DNA from: an uncultured Verrucomicrobiae bacterium
GTDB lineage: Bacteria > Verrucomicrobiota > Verrucomicrobiia > Limisphaerales > UBA11358
Assembly: GCA_963738175.1 (NCBI GenBank)
Contig: CAVTVI010000011.1
Span: forward strand, 18,568 to 82,567
Direction of reading: 5' to 3'
Length of the DNA stretch: 64,000 nt
Part shown: positions 39,526 to 49,217 of the stretch, one piece after another
How the letters are laid out: every line of letters starts with the position of its first letter
How positions within the stretch are numbered: the first letter of the stretch is position 1
Position numbers and translations under genes: made by a program
The notes under the pieces: model-generated
The model's database searches: none
Told to the model about the DNA's origin: nothing
What the model saw: only the letters and a program-made list of their open reading frames with translations

Positions 39526-41397
39526 TCATTTTTTATCGAGACAGTCGCGGACGGCTTTGGCGAGGTCAACCTGACGGTAAGGTTTCTGGAGAAACCCCGC
39601 GCGGGTTTTGGCCAGCACCTCGGCGGTGATTTCGCCGGTGGCATAACCGCTGGTGAAAATGATTTTCAGGCCGGGTTTCTGGGGCAACAGCCGTTCGGCG
39701 AGTTCCACGCCGGAAACGCCTCCGGGCATGACCATGTCGGTGAGCAGCAGATCAATTTCACCGGCGTGCCGGCTCCAGACATCAATCGCGTCCTTGCCGG
39801 ACGCCGCCTCGAGAATCCGATAGCCGCAGCCTTGCAGAATGGTGCGCGCCATTTCGCGCAACAGCGGTTCGTCTTCGACGATGAAAATGGTTTCCGTGCC
39901 GCCGCTGACGGGTTTTGCCGGGACGGCCTGTTCGTTGACGGTCGCGGCCATTGCCCCGCCCGCCGGAAAAAACAGGTCGAAGGTCGTGCCTCGGTCCGGC
40001 TCGCTGACGACTTCCAGCCAGCCGTCGTGCTGCTTCACAATCCCGTAGACCGTGGCGAGGCCGAGGCCGGTGCCCTTGCCGATTTGCTTGGTGGTGAAAA
40101 AAGGTTCAAAAATATGCGCCAGCGTCTCGGTGCTCATGCCGTGGCCGGTGTCGCTGACGCGCAGACGGACAAAATTCCCGGGGTGCGCTTCGGGATGCGT
40201 TTCAATGTAAGCCTCGTCAATCCGCGCAGATTCGATGGCGATGACAAGCCGGCCGCCGCGCGGCATGGCGTCGCGCGCGTTGACGGAAAGATTCATCACG
40301 ACCTGTTCAATCATGCCGTTGTCGCCAATGACCAAGGGCAATTCACCGGGCGGCTGAAATTCCAGCGTGATGCTTTCGCCGATGAGCAGCCGGAGCATTT
40401 TTGTCAGATGGCCGACGGTTTCACGCAGGTCGAGCGGTTTGACTTGCATGACGTTTTTGCGGCTGAACATCAGCAGTTGCCGCGTCAGTCCGGCGGCGCG
40501 CTCGGCGGCGAAATAAACGGCCTGGACCGGCTCGCTGATGTCATCCGGCAAAGTCTGCCGGGCGAGCAATGAACTGGAATGCCCCTGGATGATCGTGAGC
40601 ATGTTGTTGAAGTCATGCGCGACGCCGGCGGCGAGCTGCCCGACCGATTCCATCTTTTGCGACTGTCGCAGTTGCGCTTCGAGGTTGAGCCGGCTGGTCG
40701 TGTCCTCGACGTAGCAATGCACGACGTTGCTCGGCAGCACCGGGTGGAACGACCAGGAAAACGTCCGCCCGCCCGGCTTTGTCTCCAGCCGCAATTTGCT
40801 CCGGCCCGTCTCTAGGCACTCACGCACAATCCCGCCGATGTCCGGCGGCAAAACGTCGCGCGGATGATCTTTGCCGACAGAATGTGCGAGTTGCGATGCC
40901 GTTTCGTTGAAATAGGTGAGGTTGCCGTCCGGGGTAAATTCCATTGCCGGATTGGGATTCAACTGGGCGAACGCCGCGAGTTTTTGCACTTCAGCATTGG
41001 CCCGTTCCCGCTCCTTGATGCGCTGTTGCAGCGACGCGGCCATGTCATCGAAAACTTCCGCCAACTGGCCAAGCTCGCCCGGACTGTTGTGCAAGCCGGT
41101 GCGACTGCTCATGTCGCCCGTTCCGAGCCGTTTTGCGGCGTCGGACAACGCCCGCACCTGCCGCAAAATGAAAAGTTCTCCGCCGAACCACGCCGCCATC
41201 AGTGCCAGCAAGCCGACCGTCAGGCTGACCCACGGCACATCCACAAAGTAATTTCGCAACCAGTCCGGCGCAAATTGCCAGAACCACGTCTGGTTGACGA
41301 TATACGTCAGCACCAAAACCGGCGCGGTGGCGACAAACACGCTGGCGACCAGCTGCATTCGCACACCGGAAAATATTTTGGTGGTTTTTTTACTCAT
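39526..41397 (-). CDS. Hybrid sensor histidine kinase/response regulator (TM-HAMP-PAS-HisKA-HATPase-REC)
   Basis: H-box [12 protein letters not shown], the N/G boxes NLSVNARDA and GTGLGLATV, and a C-terminal REC domain ([10 protein letters not shown]...[10 protein letters not shown]). ATG 41397 is the preferred start. Confidence 0.85.
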   Translation of the reverse strand: MSKKTTKIFSGVRMQLVASVFVATAPVLVLTYIVNQTWFWQFAPDWLRNYFVDVPWVSLTVGLLALMAAWFGGELFILRQVRALSDAAKRLGTGDMSSRTGLHNSPGELGQLAEVFDDMAASLQQRIKERERANAEVQKLAAFAQLNPNPAMEFTPDGNLTYFNETASQLAHSVGKDHPRDVLPPDIGGIVRECLETGRSKLRLETKPGGRTFSWSFHPVLPSNVVHCYVEDTTSRLNLEAQLRQSQKMESVGQLAAGVAHDFNNMLTIIQGHSSSLLARQTLPDDISEPVQAVYFAAERAAGLTRQLLMFSRKNVMQVKPLDLRETVGHLTKMLRLLIGESITLEFQPPGELPLVIGDNGMIEQVVMNLSVNARDAMPRGGRLVIAIESARIDEAYIETHPEAHPGNFVRLRVSDTGHGMSTETLAHIFEPFFTTKQIGKGTGLGLATVYGIVKQHDGWLEVVSEPDRGTTFDLFFPAGGAMAATVNEQAVPAKPVSGGTETIFIVEDEPLLREMARTILQGCGYRILEAASGKDAIDVWSRHAGEIDLLLTDMVMPGGVSGVELAERLLPQKPGLKIIFTSGYATGEITAEVLAKTRAGFLQKPYRQVDLAKAVRDCLDKK

Positions 41398-41472
41398 CGT
41401 TTCCGCCGCTGAACCCGTGTCGAAACCATAGCTCACGCTGACGAGGGCGAAAAGGCATTTCTCCCGGGCCGT

Positions 41473-42120
41473 TCAGGTTTCACCGGCCAGCGCAACTGCA
41501 CGACCTTTTGGCAATCGTCCCAGATGAAAAATCAAAAAGCCGTGCAGGAACTGCCGCAGTTCAATCGTCTGCGCGTCCGTCAATTTCAAACGCAACCCCG
41601 CCGCCCAATCTTTTTGCGCCAGAATTCCGGCGATTTTTTTGGTTCCGGCGGCGAGGTTCGTTTCCGCCAGATTCGGTTCCAGTCCCAGCTCGCGGAGCAA
41701 TTTCAGTTCAAAGGCAAAGACAAGTTGCGGCGCGACTTTTCCCTTGCAAAGACAGCCGAGAAGCTCGCGGAACAATTCATAAACCGCCGGCAGCGGCGTT
41801 TCTGTTTCCGTGGCTTGTTCGATGAACGCCGTCGCGTAAGCCGCGTGGCGCAACTTGAAAATGTCCTGGCGAATCGCGCCGTGCGTCTCGCGCAGGCTCA
41901 CTTCGCGGAGCGCGTGCAAATCCGAACGGCGGCTGCGGCTGAACGAGAATTCCGCGAGGTAAAACAAATCCAGCTTGCCGAGAAACGGGGATTTTGCGCG
42001 GCGCGCACCCTTGGCCACGGTCGCGATGCGCCCGAGATCCGGCGTGAGCCAGTGGACGATGAGGCTCGTTTCGGTGAGCGGTCGCACCCGCAAAATCAGG
42101 CCGGTGGCAGATTCGGTCAT
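41473..42120 (-). CDS. recO: DNA repair protein RecO
   Basis: TGLILRVRPLTETSLIVHWLT OB-fold start. The longer ORF upstream overlaps the DUF502 gene in another frame. Confidence 0.85.
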   Translation of the reverse strand: MTESATGLILRVRPLTETSLIVHWLTPDLGRIATVAKGARRAKSPFLGKLDLFYLAEFSFSRSRRSDLHALREVSLRETHGAIRQDIFKLRHAAYATAFIEQATETETPLPAVYELFRELLGCLCKGKVAPQLVFAFELKLLRELGLEPNLAETNLAAGTKKIAGILAQKDWAAGLRLKLTDAQTIELRQFLHGFLIFHLGRLPKGRAVALAGET

Positions 42121-42770
42121 TTGATTTTCGGCGGCGGCAACTCCGGCGCGATGGAGCCGAGGCTGACGATGTATTTGATGCCGTCGGCCACGTTCATGTC
42201 GAGCTTCACCACTTTTTCCTCCGGCACGAGGATCAGAAACCCGGAGGTCGGATTCGGCGTCGTCGGCACAAAAACGCAGACCACTTTTTCCTTCGTCTTT
42301 TGCTGCACCTCGCCGTTTTGCTCGTTCGTGATGAAGCCGATGGAGTAAATTCCCGCGCTCGGAAACTCGACCATGACGACGGTCTTGAACGAATCCTTGT
42401 TGCCTGAAAACGCCTCGTTGACCTGCTTGATCGCGCCGTAAAATTTGTTGAGCAGCGGCACCTGCATCATGGCCGTGTCCAGCCATTCGATCATCCGCTT
42501 GCCGATGTAATAGCGCGCCAGCAAACCCACGACCGAAATCATGGCCACCGCCAGCAGCAGCGCCACCAGGCTCCAATACCAGTAAATCGGGCCGGCGCCT
42601 TTGTCCTGGTGGGTGATGTCGTGCGGCAGGAAAAACAGCAACAAATCCGTGATGTTCGAGACCGTGCGGAACAGCCACAGCACCGCCGCGATGGAAATGA
42701 TCGCAGGCAGGCTGATGGCCAGGCCGGTCAAAAAACTGGAACGCCAGCGGGCAAGAAAAGATTTCTTCAC
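42117..42770 (-). CDS. DUF502 domain-containing membrane protein
   Basis: Two N-terminal TM helices and a conserved PTTPNPTSGF motif. Confidence 0.75.
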   Translation of the reverse strand: MKKSFLARWRSSFLTGLAISLPAIISIAAVLWLFRTVSNITDLLLFFLPHDITHQDKGAGPIYWYWSLVALLLAVAMISVVGLLARYYIGKRMIEWLDTAMMQVPLLNKFYGAIKQVNEAFSGNKDSFKTVVMVEFPSAGIYSIGFITNEQNGEVQQKTKEKVVCVFVPTTPNPTSGFLILVPEEKVVKLDMNVADGIKYIVSLGSIAPELPPPKIK

Positions 42771-43252
42771 GCGGATATTTTAGAACGCATGCCGATTTGC
42801 GCGAGTGAAATCTTTTTGGAAAGGCGGCGCAGCAAGCGGTTTTCCTCGCGCTTCATCCTGCGGCGCAAATCCGGTTTCAAATCGCCATGGCCGAGCAGGT
42901 GCAAAATGCCGTGGACGACGTAGCGCACGATTTCCGACTGCCACCTTGTGCCGAATTTTTTTGCCTGCAAAACCGCCTCGTCCACGCACACGAAAAGTTC
43001 GCCATGGATTTCTAATTTGGAATTTGAAGTTTGCGATTCAGAATTTCGGTGGTCAAACGTGATCACATCCGTCGAGCCTTCGTGCTGGAGAAAAGTTTCG
43101 TTGATCAGCGTCATCTCCGGCGCCGCGACCAGATTGATTCCCAGTTCCGCTTTCTTGACATTTAATTCCGCCAACGACTCGACTGCGATTAGTTTGAGCA
43201 AACGCGTGTTGATTTTCTTCGTTCGCTGACGGCTGGCGATGACGATAATCAT
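42767..43252 (-). CDS. ybeY: rRNA maturation RNase YbeY
   Basis: HGILHLLGHGD zinc motif and TDVITF. It contains an inserted SESQTSNSKLEI segment encoded by a heptad block. Confidence 0.85.
   Translation of the reverse strand: MIIVIASRQRTKKINTRLLKLIAVESLAELNVKKAELGINLVAAPEMTLINETFLQHEGSTDVITFDHRNSESQTSNSKLEIHGELFVCVDEAVLQAKKFGTRWQSEIVRYVVHGILHLLGHGDLKPDLRRRMKREENRLLRRLSKKISLAQIGMRSKISA
43011..43048. repeat. Heptad repeat block inside ybeY
   Basis: AATTTGG AATTTGA AGTTTGC GATTCAG AATTTCG. Confidence 0.5.
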
Positions 43253-44214
43253 TTGATTTTCGCCCTGCCGCGATGTTCCTCATAGGCCGCGATGATGCGT
43301 TGCACGAGCGGGTGCCGCACGACGTCACGCTTGGAAAATTCCACGATCGCGATGCCTTCCGTGCCGTGCAACGCGCGGTGCGCCTCCGCCAGGCCGGAAT
43401 GTTTGTGCGGCGGCAAATCAATCTGCGTCTCGTCGCCGGTGATGACCGCCTTCGAGCCGTGGCCGAGCCGCGTGAGAAACATCAGCATCTGCTCCGTCGT
43501 GGAATTCTGCGCCTCGTCCAGAATGATGAATGCGCCGTTCAGCGTGCGGCCGCGCATATAGGCCAGCGGTGCTATTTCAATCGTGCCACGCTCGGTGTGT
43601 TTCACGATTTCCTCGGCGGGCAGCATGTCCTGCAGCGCGTCGTGCAGCGGACGCAGATACGGCGTGATTTTTTCCAGCAGGTCGCCCGGCAAAAACCCCA
43701 GCGCCTCGCCGGCCTCGACCGCCGGGCGCGTCAAAATGATCCGCGAAACTTTTCCTTCGCGCAAAGCCGACAACGCCATCGCGACCGCCAGATACGTTTT
43801 GCCCGTGCCCGCCGGCCCGATGCCGAACGTGATGTCATGTTTGCGGATGGCGTCGAGATATTTTTTCTGCCCGACGGTCTTGGCCGTGACGCCGGGTTTT
43901 TTTTCATGCGTCCGCACGCGGTCGCCGACCAAATTCTTTAGGGTTTCCGCGCCCTCGTGCTTCACGACGGTCAACGCGTGCGTGAACTCGCGGTTCTTCA
44001 CCGGCGACCCGGCCTGCAACATATTTTGCAGTGACACAAAAAGCTGTTTCGCGCGCTCCACGCCGTCCGCCGCGCCTTCGAGCTTGATCCAGCCGTCGCG
44101 CGAAGTCGCCTTGACGCCGAGTTCTGTTTCCAGCGCCTGCAAATTACGCGGCTCGTGGTTGAACAGTTGCTGCGCAAACCGCGCGTTTTCGTAATGAAGG
44201 GTTTCAGTGGCCAC
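43249..44214 (-). CDS. phoH: PhoH family ATPase
   Basis: Walker A GPAGTGKTYLAV and ILDEAQN. Confidence 0.9.
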   Translation of the reverse strand: MATETLHYENARFAQQLFNHEPRNLQALETELGVKATSRDGWIKLEGAADGVERAKQLFVSLQNMLQAGSPVKNREFTHALTVVKHEGAETLKNLVGDRVRTHEKKPGVTAKTVGQKKYLDAIRKHDITFGIGPAGTGKTYLAVAMALSALREGKVSRIILTRPAVEAGEALGFLPGDLLEKITPYLRPLHDALQDMLPAEEIVKHTERGTIEIAPLAYMRGRTLNGAFIILDEAQNSTTEQMLMFLTRLGHGSKAVITGDETQIDLPPHKHSGLAEAHRALHGTEGIAIVEFSKRDVVRHPLVQRIIAAYEEHRGRAKIK

Positions 44215-44325
44215 GATTAAAAATTATTTGACCGCGAATTTTGACAAATAAATAAAACGCGGAATTCAACAATTCAAAAAATCGCCAACTGCCGTTGGGT
44301 TGCTTTTGATGAAGCCGCCCACGGT

Positions 44326-45075
44326 TCAATCTTTCGGGCGGATTTTTTTCCAAAGCCAGCCGAGCGGGTCGTAAAATTCATCCACCACACGTTCCTTCAA
44401 CGGAATGATGGCGTTGTCGGTGATGGTGATGTGTTCGGGGCAAACTTTGGTGCAGCATTTGGTGATGTTGCAGAAGCCGATGCCCTGCGACTGCTTCAAT
44501 TCCGGCAAACGGTCTTCCGTGTCGAGCGGGTGCATTTCCAGCGCGGCGGTGTAAACGAGGAAGCGCGGGCCGATGAATTCCTCATGCTTGTGATGGTCGC
44601 GCAAAACGTGGCAGACGTCCTGGCACAGAAAACATTCGATGCACTTGCGGAATTCCTGCACGCGGTCCACATCTTCCTGCTGCATCCGCCACGTGCCGTC
44701 TGCGCAATCGGGTTTGCGCGGATTGAATTTTTTAATTTTCGTTTTGACGCGGAAGTTCCATGAAACATCGGTCGCCAAATCGCGGATGCTCGGAAACGCG
44801 CGCATCGGCTCGATGGTGATGGGCTTATCGGTGTTCAGCGTGTCCATGCGCGTCATGCACATGAGCTTCGGGATGCCGTTAACTTCGGCCGAACAGGAAC
44901 CGCATTTGCCGGCCTTGCAATTCCAGCGGCACGCCAAATCATTCGCCTGCGTCGCCTGGATTTTGTGGACGACGTCGAGCACGACCAGACCCTCGGTGAT
45001 TTCGGTTTTATATTCGACGAAATTTCCACCGTTCGCATCGCCGCGCCAGATTTTGAAAGTGACTTGCTTGTTCAT
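44326..45075 (-). CDS. sdhB: Succinate dehydrogenase/fumarate reductase iron-sulfur subunit
   Basis: Cys clusters CRWNCKAGKCGSC, CIECFLCQDVC and CTKVCP. Confidence 0.9.
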   Translation of the reverse strand: MNKQVTFKIWRGDANGGNFVEYKTEITEGLVVLDVVHKIQATQANDLACRWNCKAGKCGSCSAEVNGIPKLMCMTRMDTLNTDKPITIEPMRAFPSIRDLATDVSWNFRVKTKIKKFNPRKPDCADGTWRMQQEDVDRVQEFRKCIECFLCQDVCHVLRDHHKHEEFIGPRFLVYTAALEMHPLDTEDRLPELKQSQGIGFCNITKCCTKVCPEHITITDNAIIPLKERVVDEFYDPLGWLWKKIRPKD

Positions 45076-46901
45076 TTCATCTCCTCGATGACTTGTTTCA
45101 AGGCTTCGGGCATGGCCGGAATCGGCTCGCGGCGCAATTGCATCAAACCATCCGCGCCCTTGGAAATGACGCTGTTGTATTTGGCCGCCGCCGGGTCTTT
45201 GTCCGGGAAATCTTCGCGGAAATGGCCGCCGCGGCTTTCCTTGCGGTCAATCGCCGCGCGCGTGATGGCCTCGGAAACCGTGAGCAGATGTTTCAAATCA
45301 ATCGCCGTGTGCCAGCCGGGATTATATTCGCGGTGGCCGTAGACCGCGACGGTCTTTTCGCGTTCGTAAAGTTTTCCAAGTCCGTCGAGCGCCTGAACCA
45401 TCTCATCCTCGCGCCGCACAATGCCGACGAGTTTTTGCATCATCTCCTGTAATTCACGCTGCACTTGATACGGGCCGTCGGCCGTCGCGCCGGTTTTTTC
45501 GCCGCGTTCAAATGGCGCGAGCGCCTCGCGCGCGGCGGCTTCGACTTGTGCGTCGTTGATTTGTCCGCCGGAATTTTCCTTCGCAAATTTCGCGGCGAAT
45601 TCGCCGGCGCGTTTGCCGAACACGATCAAATCGGAAAGTGAATTTCCACCGAGCCGGTTCGCGCCGTGCAATCCGGCGGCACATTCGCCTGCGGCAAAAA
45701 GTCCGGACACGTTGGTCGCCTGCGTGTCACCGTTCACGCGGATGCCGCCCATCGCGTAATGCGTCGTCGGCCCGACTTCCATCGGCTCCTTGGTGATGTC
45801 GAGATTCGCCAGTTGCATGAACTGGTGATACATCGAAGGCAGCTTCTTTTTGATGTGCTCCGCCGCGTTCGGAATTTTTTCCTTAATCCAGGAGATGTCG
45901 AGAAACACGCCGCCGTGCGGACTGCCGCGTCCGGCCTTTACTTCGCGATTGATGCAGCGCGCGACGTGATCGCGCGTCAAAAGTTCCGGCGGACGCTTTG
46001 CATTTTTGTCGTTCTGCGTGTAACGCCAGCCTTCTTCGGGATCGGTCGAAGTTTGCGATTTGTAATTATCGGGAATGTCGTCATACATGAAGCGCTTGCC
46101 GTCCTTGTTGCGCAACACACCGCCTTCGCCGCGCACGCTTTCGGTGACAAGAATTCCCATGACACTCGGCGGCCAAATCATTCCGGTTGGATGAAACTGG
46201 ATGAATTCCATGTCCAGCAATTCCGCGCCCGCATGATACGCGAGCGACACGCCGTCGCCGGTGCCTTCCCAGGAATTGCTCGTGACCTTGTAGGCGCGGC
46301 CCAGACCGCCGGTGCAAACGACAACCGCCTTCGCCTTGAAAATCCGAAAACGCCCGCGTTCGCGGTCATAACCAAACGCGCCGACGACGCGTTCGCCGTC
46401 TTTCAACAGCGAGACAATCGTGTATTCCATGTGAACCGTGATGCCCTGATGAATGCCGTGATCCTGCAACGTGCGGATCATTTCCAGACCCGTGCGGTCG
46501 CCGACGTGCGCGAGGCGCGGATAGCGGTGACCGCCAAAATTGCGCTGCGAAATTTTTCCTTCCTTCGTGCGGTCAAACACCGCGCCCCACGCTTCGAGTT
46601 CGTGGACGCGCGCCGGCGCCTCCTTTGCGTGCAACTCGGCCATGCGCCAGTTGTTGACGTATTGCCCGCCGCGCATCGTGTCGGCGAAATGCACTTTCCA
46701 ACTGTCGCGGTCGTCCACATTGCCCATCGCCGCCGCCATGCCGCCTTCGGCCATGACCGTGTGCGCCTTGCCCAAAAGCGATTTGCAAATCAAACCGACT
46801 TTGACGCCCGCCGCCGACGCTTCAATCGCCGCCCGCAAGCCCGCGCCGCCCGCGCCGATGGCCAGCACGTCGTATTCGTGAGTTTCGTAATTGGTAGCCA
46901 C
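45072..46901 (-). CDS. sdhA: Succinate dehydrogenase/fumarate reductase flavoprotein subunit
   Basis: VLAIGAGGAGLRAA FAD motif, and HYAMGG and GANRLGGNSL motifs. Confidence 0.9.
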   Translation of the reverse strand: MATNYETHEYDVLAIGAGGAGLRAAIEASAAGVKVGLICKSLLGKAHTVMAEGGMAAAMGNVDDRDSWKVHFADTMRGGQYVNNWRMAELHAKEAPARVHELEAWGAVFDRTKEGKISQRNFGGHRYPRLAHVGDRTGLEMIRTLQDHGIHQGITVHMEYTIVSLLKDGERVVGAFGYDRERGRFRIFKAKAVVVCTGGLGRAYKVTSNSWEGTGDGVSLAYHAGAELLDMEFIQFHPTGMIWPPSVMGILVTESVRGEGGVLRNKDGKRFMYDDIPDNYKSQTSTDPEEGWRYTQNDKNAKRPPELLTRDHVARCINREVKAGRGSPHGGVFLDISWIKEKIPNAAEHIKKKLPSMYHQFMQLANLDITKEPMEVGPTTHYAMGGIRVNGDTQATNVSGLFAAGECAAGLHGANRLGGNSLSDLIVFGKRAGEFAAKFAKENSGGQINDAQVEAAAREALAPFERGEKTGATADGPYQVQRELQEMMQKLVGIVRREDEMVQALDGLGKLYEREKTVAVYGHREYNPGWHTAIDLKHLLTVSEAITRAAIDRKESRGGHFREDFPDKDPAAAKYNSVISKGADGLMQLRREPIPAMPEALKQVIEEMK

Positions 46902-46925
46902 GGGAAATTTGTTTCAGTTCGAAAT

Positions 46926-47768
46926 TTAGAACTTGAAGAAAATGAAATCGTGAATGGTGCCGCTCGTGCAAAGGCGGATATAAATATCCGTGAACCCGAC
47001 CCAGAACAAACTAATCCACGCCCACATCATGTGGCGCGTGTTAAGGCAGCTCACGCAGTTGTAGGCTTTCGCGCACGTCGGCGCTTTGGATTTTGAATCC
47101 AAAAATCCGCCAATCAAATGCCGCAGCGAATGGCAGCCGAAAGTATACATTGCGAGAAAAACGGCGTTCAAGATCAGCACAATCGTTCCGACGCCAATGC
47201 CGAAATGTTCTTTGCCGGTCAGTGCATCGGTGAACCACATGCCCAACCAAGCGTCGTAGGAAAGGATCACAATGAACAGGGCAGCCAGATAAAACATATA
47301 GCGGTGAACATTTTGGATGATGAGCGGGAAGGAATGTTCGCCGAGAAAAGTTTTGCGCGGTTCGCCGACGGCGCAGTTGATCGGGTCGGCCCAGAACGCC
47401 TTATAATACGCGCCGCGATAATAATAGCAGGTGAACCGGAAGCCGGCCGGAATCCACAAAATCAAAAACGCCGGCGAGAACGGCGCCCAACCCGGCCACC
47501 ACGTCGGCAATTTACCAATGGCGTGCGGCGAGGTTCCCCAGAATTCCGGCGAGTAAAACGGGGATAGATAATTTGCGCCATTGCCGCCAAACCAATAGCT
47601 GCAAGTATGGTTATGCATATCAGCAACTCCCTGAAACGCCGCCCACGTCGAATAGATTATGAAGGCGGAGAAACCGAGAAAAACGAACAGCGGCTGCACC
47701 CACCACGCATCAGGCCGGGAAGTTGCGCCGAACGGACGTTGTTTGGGGAGCGTGTCTGCATAGGCCAT
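46926..47768 (-). CDS. sdhC: Succinate dehydrogenase cytochrome b subunit (b558-type)
   Basis: Five hydrophobic helices with conserved His residues. It lies immediately upstream of sdhA. ATG 47768 is the preferred start. Confidence 0.7.
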   Translation of the reverse strand: MAYADTLPKQRPFGATSRPDAWWVQPLFVFLGFSAFIIYSTWAAFQGVADMHNHTCSYWFGGNGANYLSPFYSPEFWGTSPHAIGKLPTWWPGWAPFSPAFLILWIPAGFRFTCYYYRGAYYKAFWADPINCAVGEPRKTFLGEHSFPLIIQNVHRYMFYLAALFIVILSYDAWLGMWFTDALTGKEHFGIGVGTIVLILNAVFLAMYTFGCHSLRHLIGGFLDSKSKAPTCAKAYNCVSCLNTRHMMWAWISLFWVGFTDIYIRLCTSGTIHDFIFFKF

Positions 47769-47855
47769 AGCGTCGCCCAAGCTAGTTATCCATAAGCCCA
47801 GCGTCAACGCGGGAAAACAGATATTAGCCGCGCTTGGACACAACTTGCCTCTGGC

Positions 47856-49142
47856 TTATCGTTTCGCCGACCATTCGTTCAGGCCGCGCTCGTCTGTTTT
47901 CGCCGGCGAATGGCCGAGCAACTCCAGCGCCTCGCCGACCAGATAAAGCGAGCCGGTGACGACAATGAAATTTTGGTGGGGCGAACATCCGCGCGAGCCA
48001 GTCTTTTCAAAAGCGTCTTTTAACGAATCGCAAACAAAAATTTCCGCCCCCGGATTTACGGTTCGACAAATTTCCGCCAGCTCTTTCGGATTTGCCGAAC
48101 GCCCGCTCGCAACCGGAACGGCGAAAATTTTTCCGGCCAGCGGCGCAAGCAATTCACAAATTTGCCGCCAATCCTTGTCCTGAAGAACTCCAAGAACCAG
48201 CGTTCGTTCCTTTATTGGAAAAATTGTTTCCAAAGCATCACGCAAAACTTTTACGCTGGCGATATTATGCGCGCCGTCGAGCAGAAATTTTTGGCCGTTT
48301 GGTTCTTCGATCAATTGCAAACGTCCCGGCCAATTCACATTTTGCAAACCACTATCGATTTGTTTTTGCGAAACTGGGATTTGCTTTTGCAAAACTTCAA
48401 CCGTCGCCAGCGCGAGCGCGGCATTTATTTTTTGATGTTCACCGGGCAACGACAATTTTGAATTTTGAATTCTGAATTTTGAATTCATTTTTACGAGCGG
48501 CGCATTTTTCTCCTTCGCAATTTTTTCAATAACGCCCAGCGCCGACGGTTCATCCGTCGCCGTCACGACGGGAATTCCTGATTTAATAATGCCCGCTTTT
48601 TCCGCCGCGATTTTTTCCAACGTATCGCCGAGCCATTGCTGATGGTCGAACGCGATGTTCGTGATGACGCTGGCGAGCGGGGTGACGATGTTTGTGGCAT
48701 CGAGCCGTCCGCCGAGGCCGGTTTCCCAGATCACGAGATCGCATTTCTGTTCGGCAAAAAATTTCAATGCCATGACCGTCACGACTTCAAACAGCGTCAG
48801 ATGATTGTCGGCGGGAAATTGTTTGAGCAGCGGCTGAAATTCTTCGACCAGCCGGACGAGTTTGCTTTCCGGAATCAACTGACGGTTCACCTGAATCCGT
48901 TCGCGGAACGAAACCAGATGCGGCGAAGTGAAAAGCCCGACGCGCAATCCCGCCGCGCGATAAATGCTTTCGAGCATCGCGCAGGTCGAGCCTTTGCCGT
49001 TCGTGCCGGCGACGTGGATGAAACGGAGTTTTTCCTGCGGATTGCCGGCGAGCGCAGCGAGTTTGCGCGTGTTTTCCAGCCCGAAATTCGCGCCGAACAT
49101 TTGCAGGCCGTAAAGAAATTGGATGGCTTCGGCGTAACTCAT
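47856..49142 (-). CDS. folC: Bifunctional folylpolyglutamate synthase/dihydrofolate synthase
   Basis: HVAGTNGKGST P-loop and LGGRLDATN. It contains an in-frame heptad-repeat insert (NSKFRIQNSK). Confidence 0.85.
   Translation of the reverse strand: MSYAEAIQFLYGLQMFGANFGLENTRKLAALAGNPQEKLRFIHVAGTNGKGSTCAMLESIYRAAGLRVGLFTSPHLVSFRERIQVNRQLIPESKLVRLVEEFQPLLKQFPADNHLTLFEVVTVMALKFFAEQKCDLVIWETGLGGRLDATNIVTPLASVITNIAFDHQQWLGDTLEKIAAEKAGIIKSGIPVVTATDEPSALGVIEKIAKEKNAPLVKMNSKFRIQNSKLSLPGEHQKINAALALATVEVLQKQIPVSQKQIDSGLQNVNWPGRLQLIEEPNGQKFLLDGAHNIASVKVLRDALETIFPIKERTLVLGVLQDKDWRQICELLAPLAGKIFAVPVASGRSANPKELAEICRTVNPGAEIFVCDSLKDAFEKTGSRGCSPHQNFIVVTGSLYLVGEALELLGHSPAKTDERGLNEWSAKR
48454..48492. repeat. 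Heptad repeat block inside folC
   Basis: AATTTTG AATTTTG AATTCTG AATTTTG AATTCAT. Confidence 0.6.
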
Positions 49143-49147
49143 GGTTT

Positions 49148-49207
49148 GGCAGGGACGCGTTGCTGCGCGTCCCAAATTTCAAGGCGACGCGGCAGCGCCG
49201 CCCTACC
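49148..49207. repeat. GC-rich hairpin pair (GGGACGCG..CGCGTCCC type) between folC and pyrG
   Basis: GGGACGCGTTGCTGCGCGTCCC has an 8-bp stem. GGCGACGCGGCAGCGCCGCC is followed by CTACC. It resembles the aroA-internal element. Confidence 0.55.
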
Positions 49208-49217
49208 AGATAAAAAT

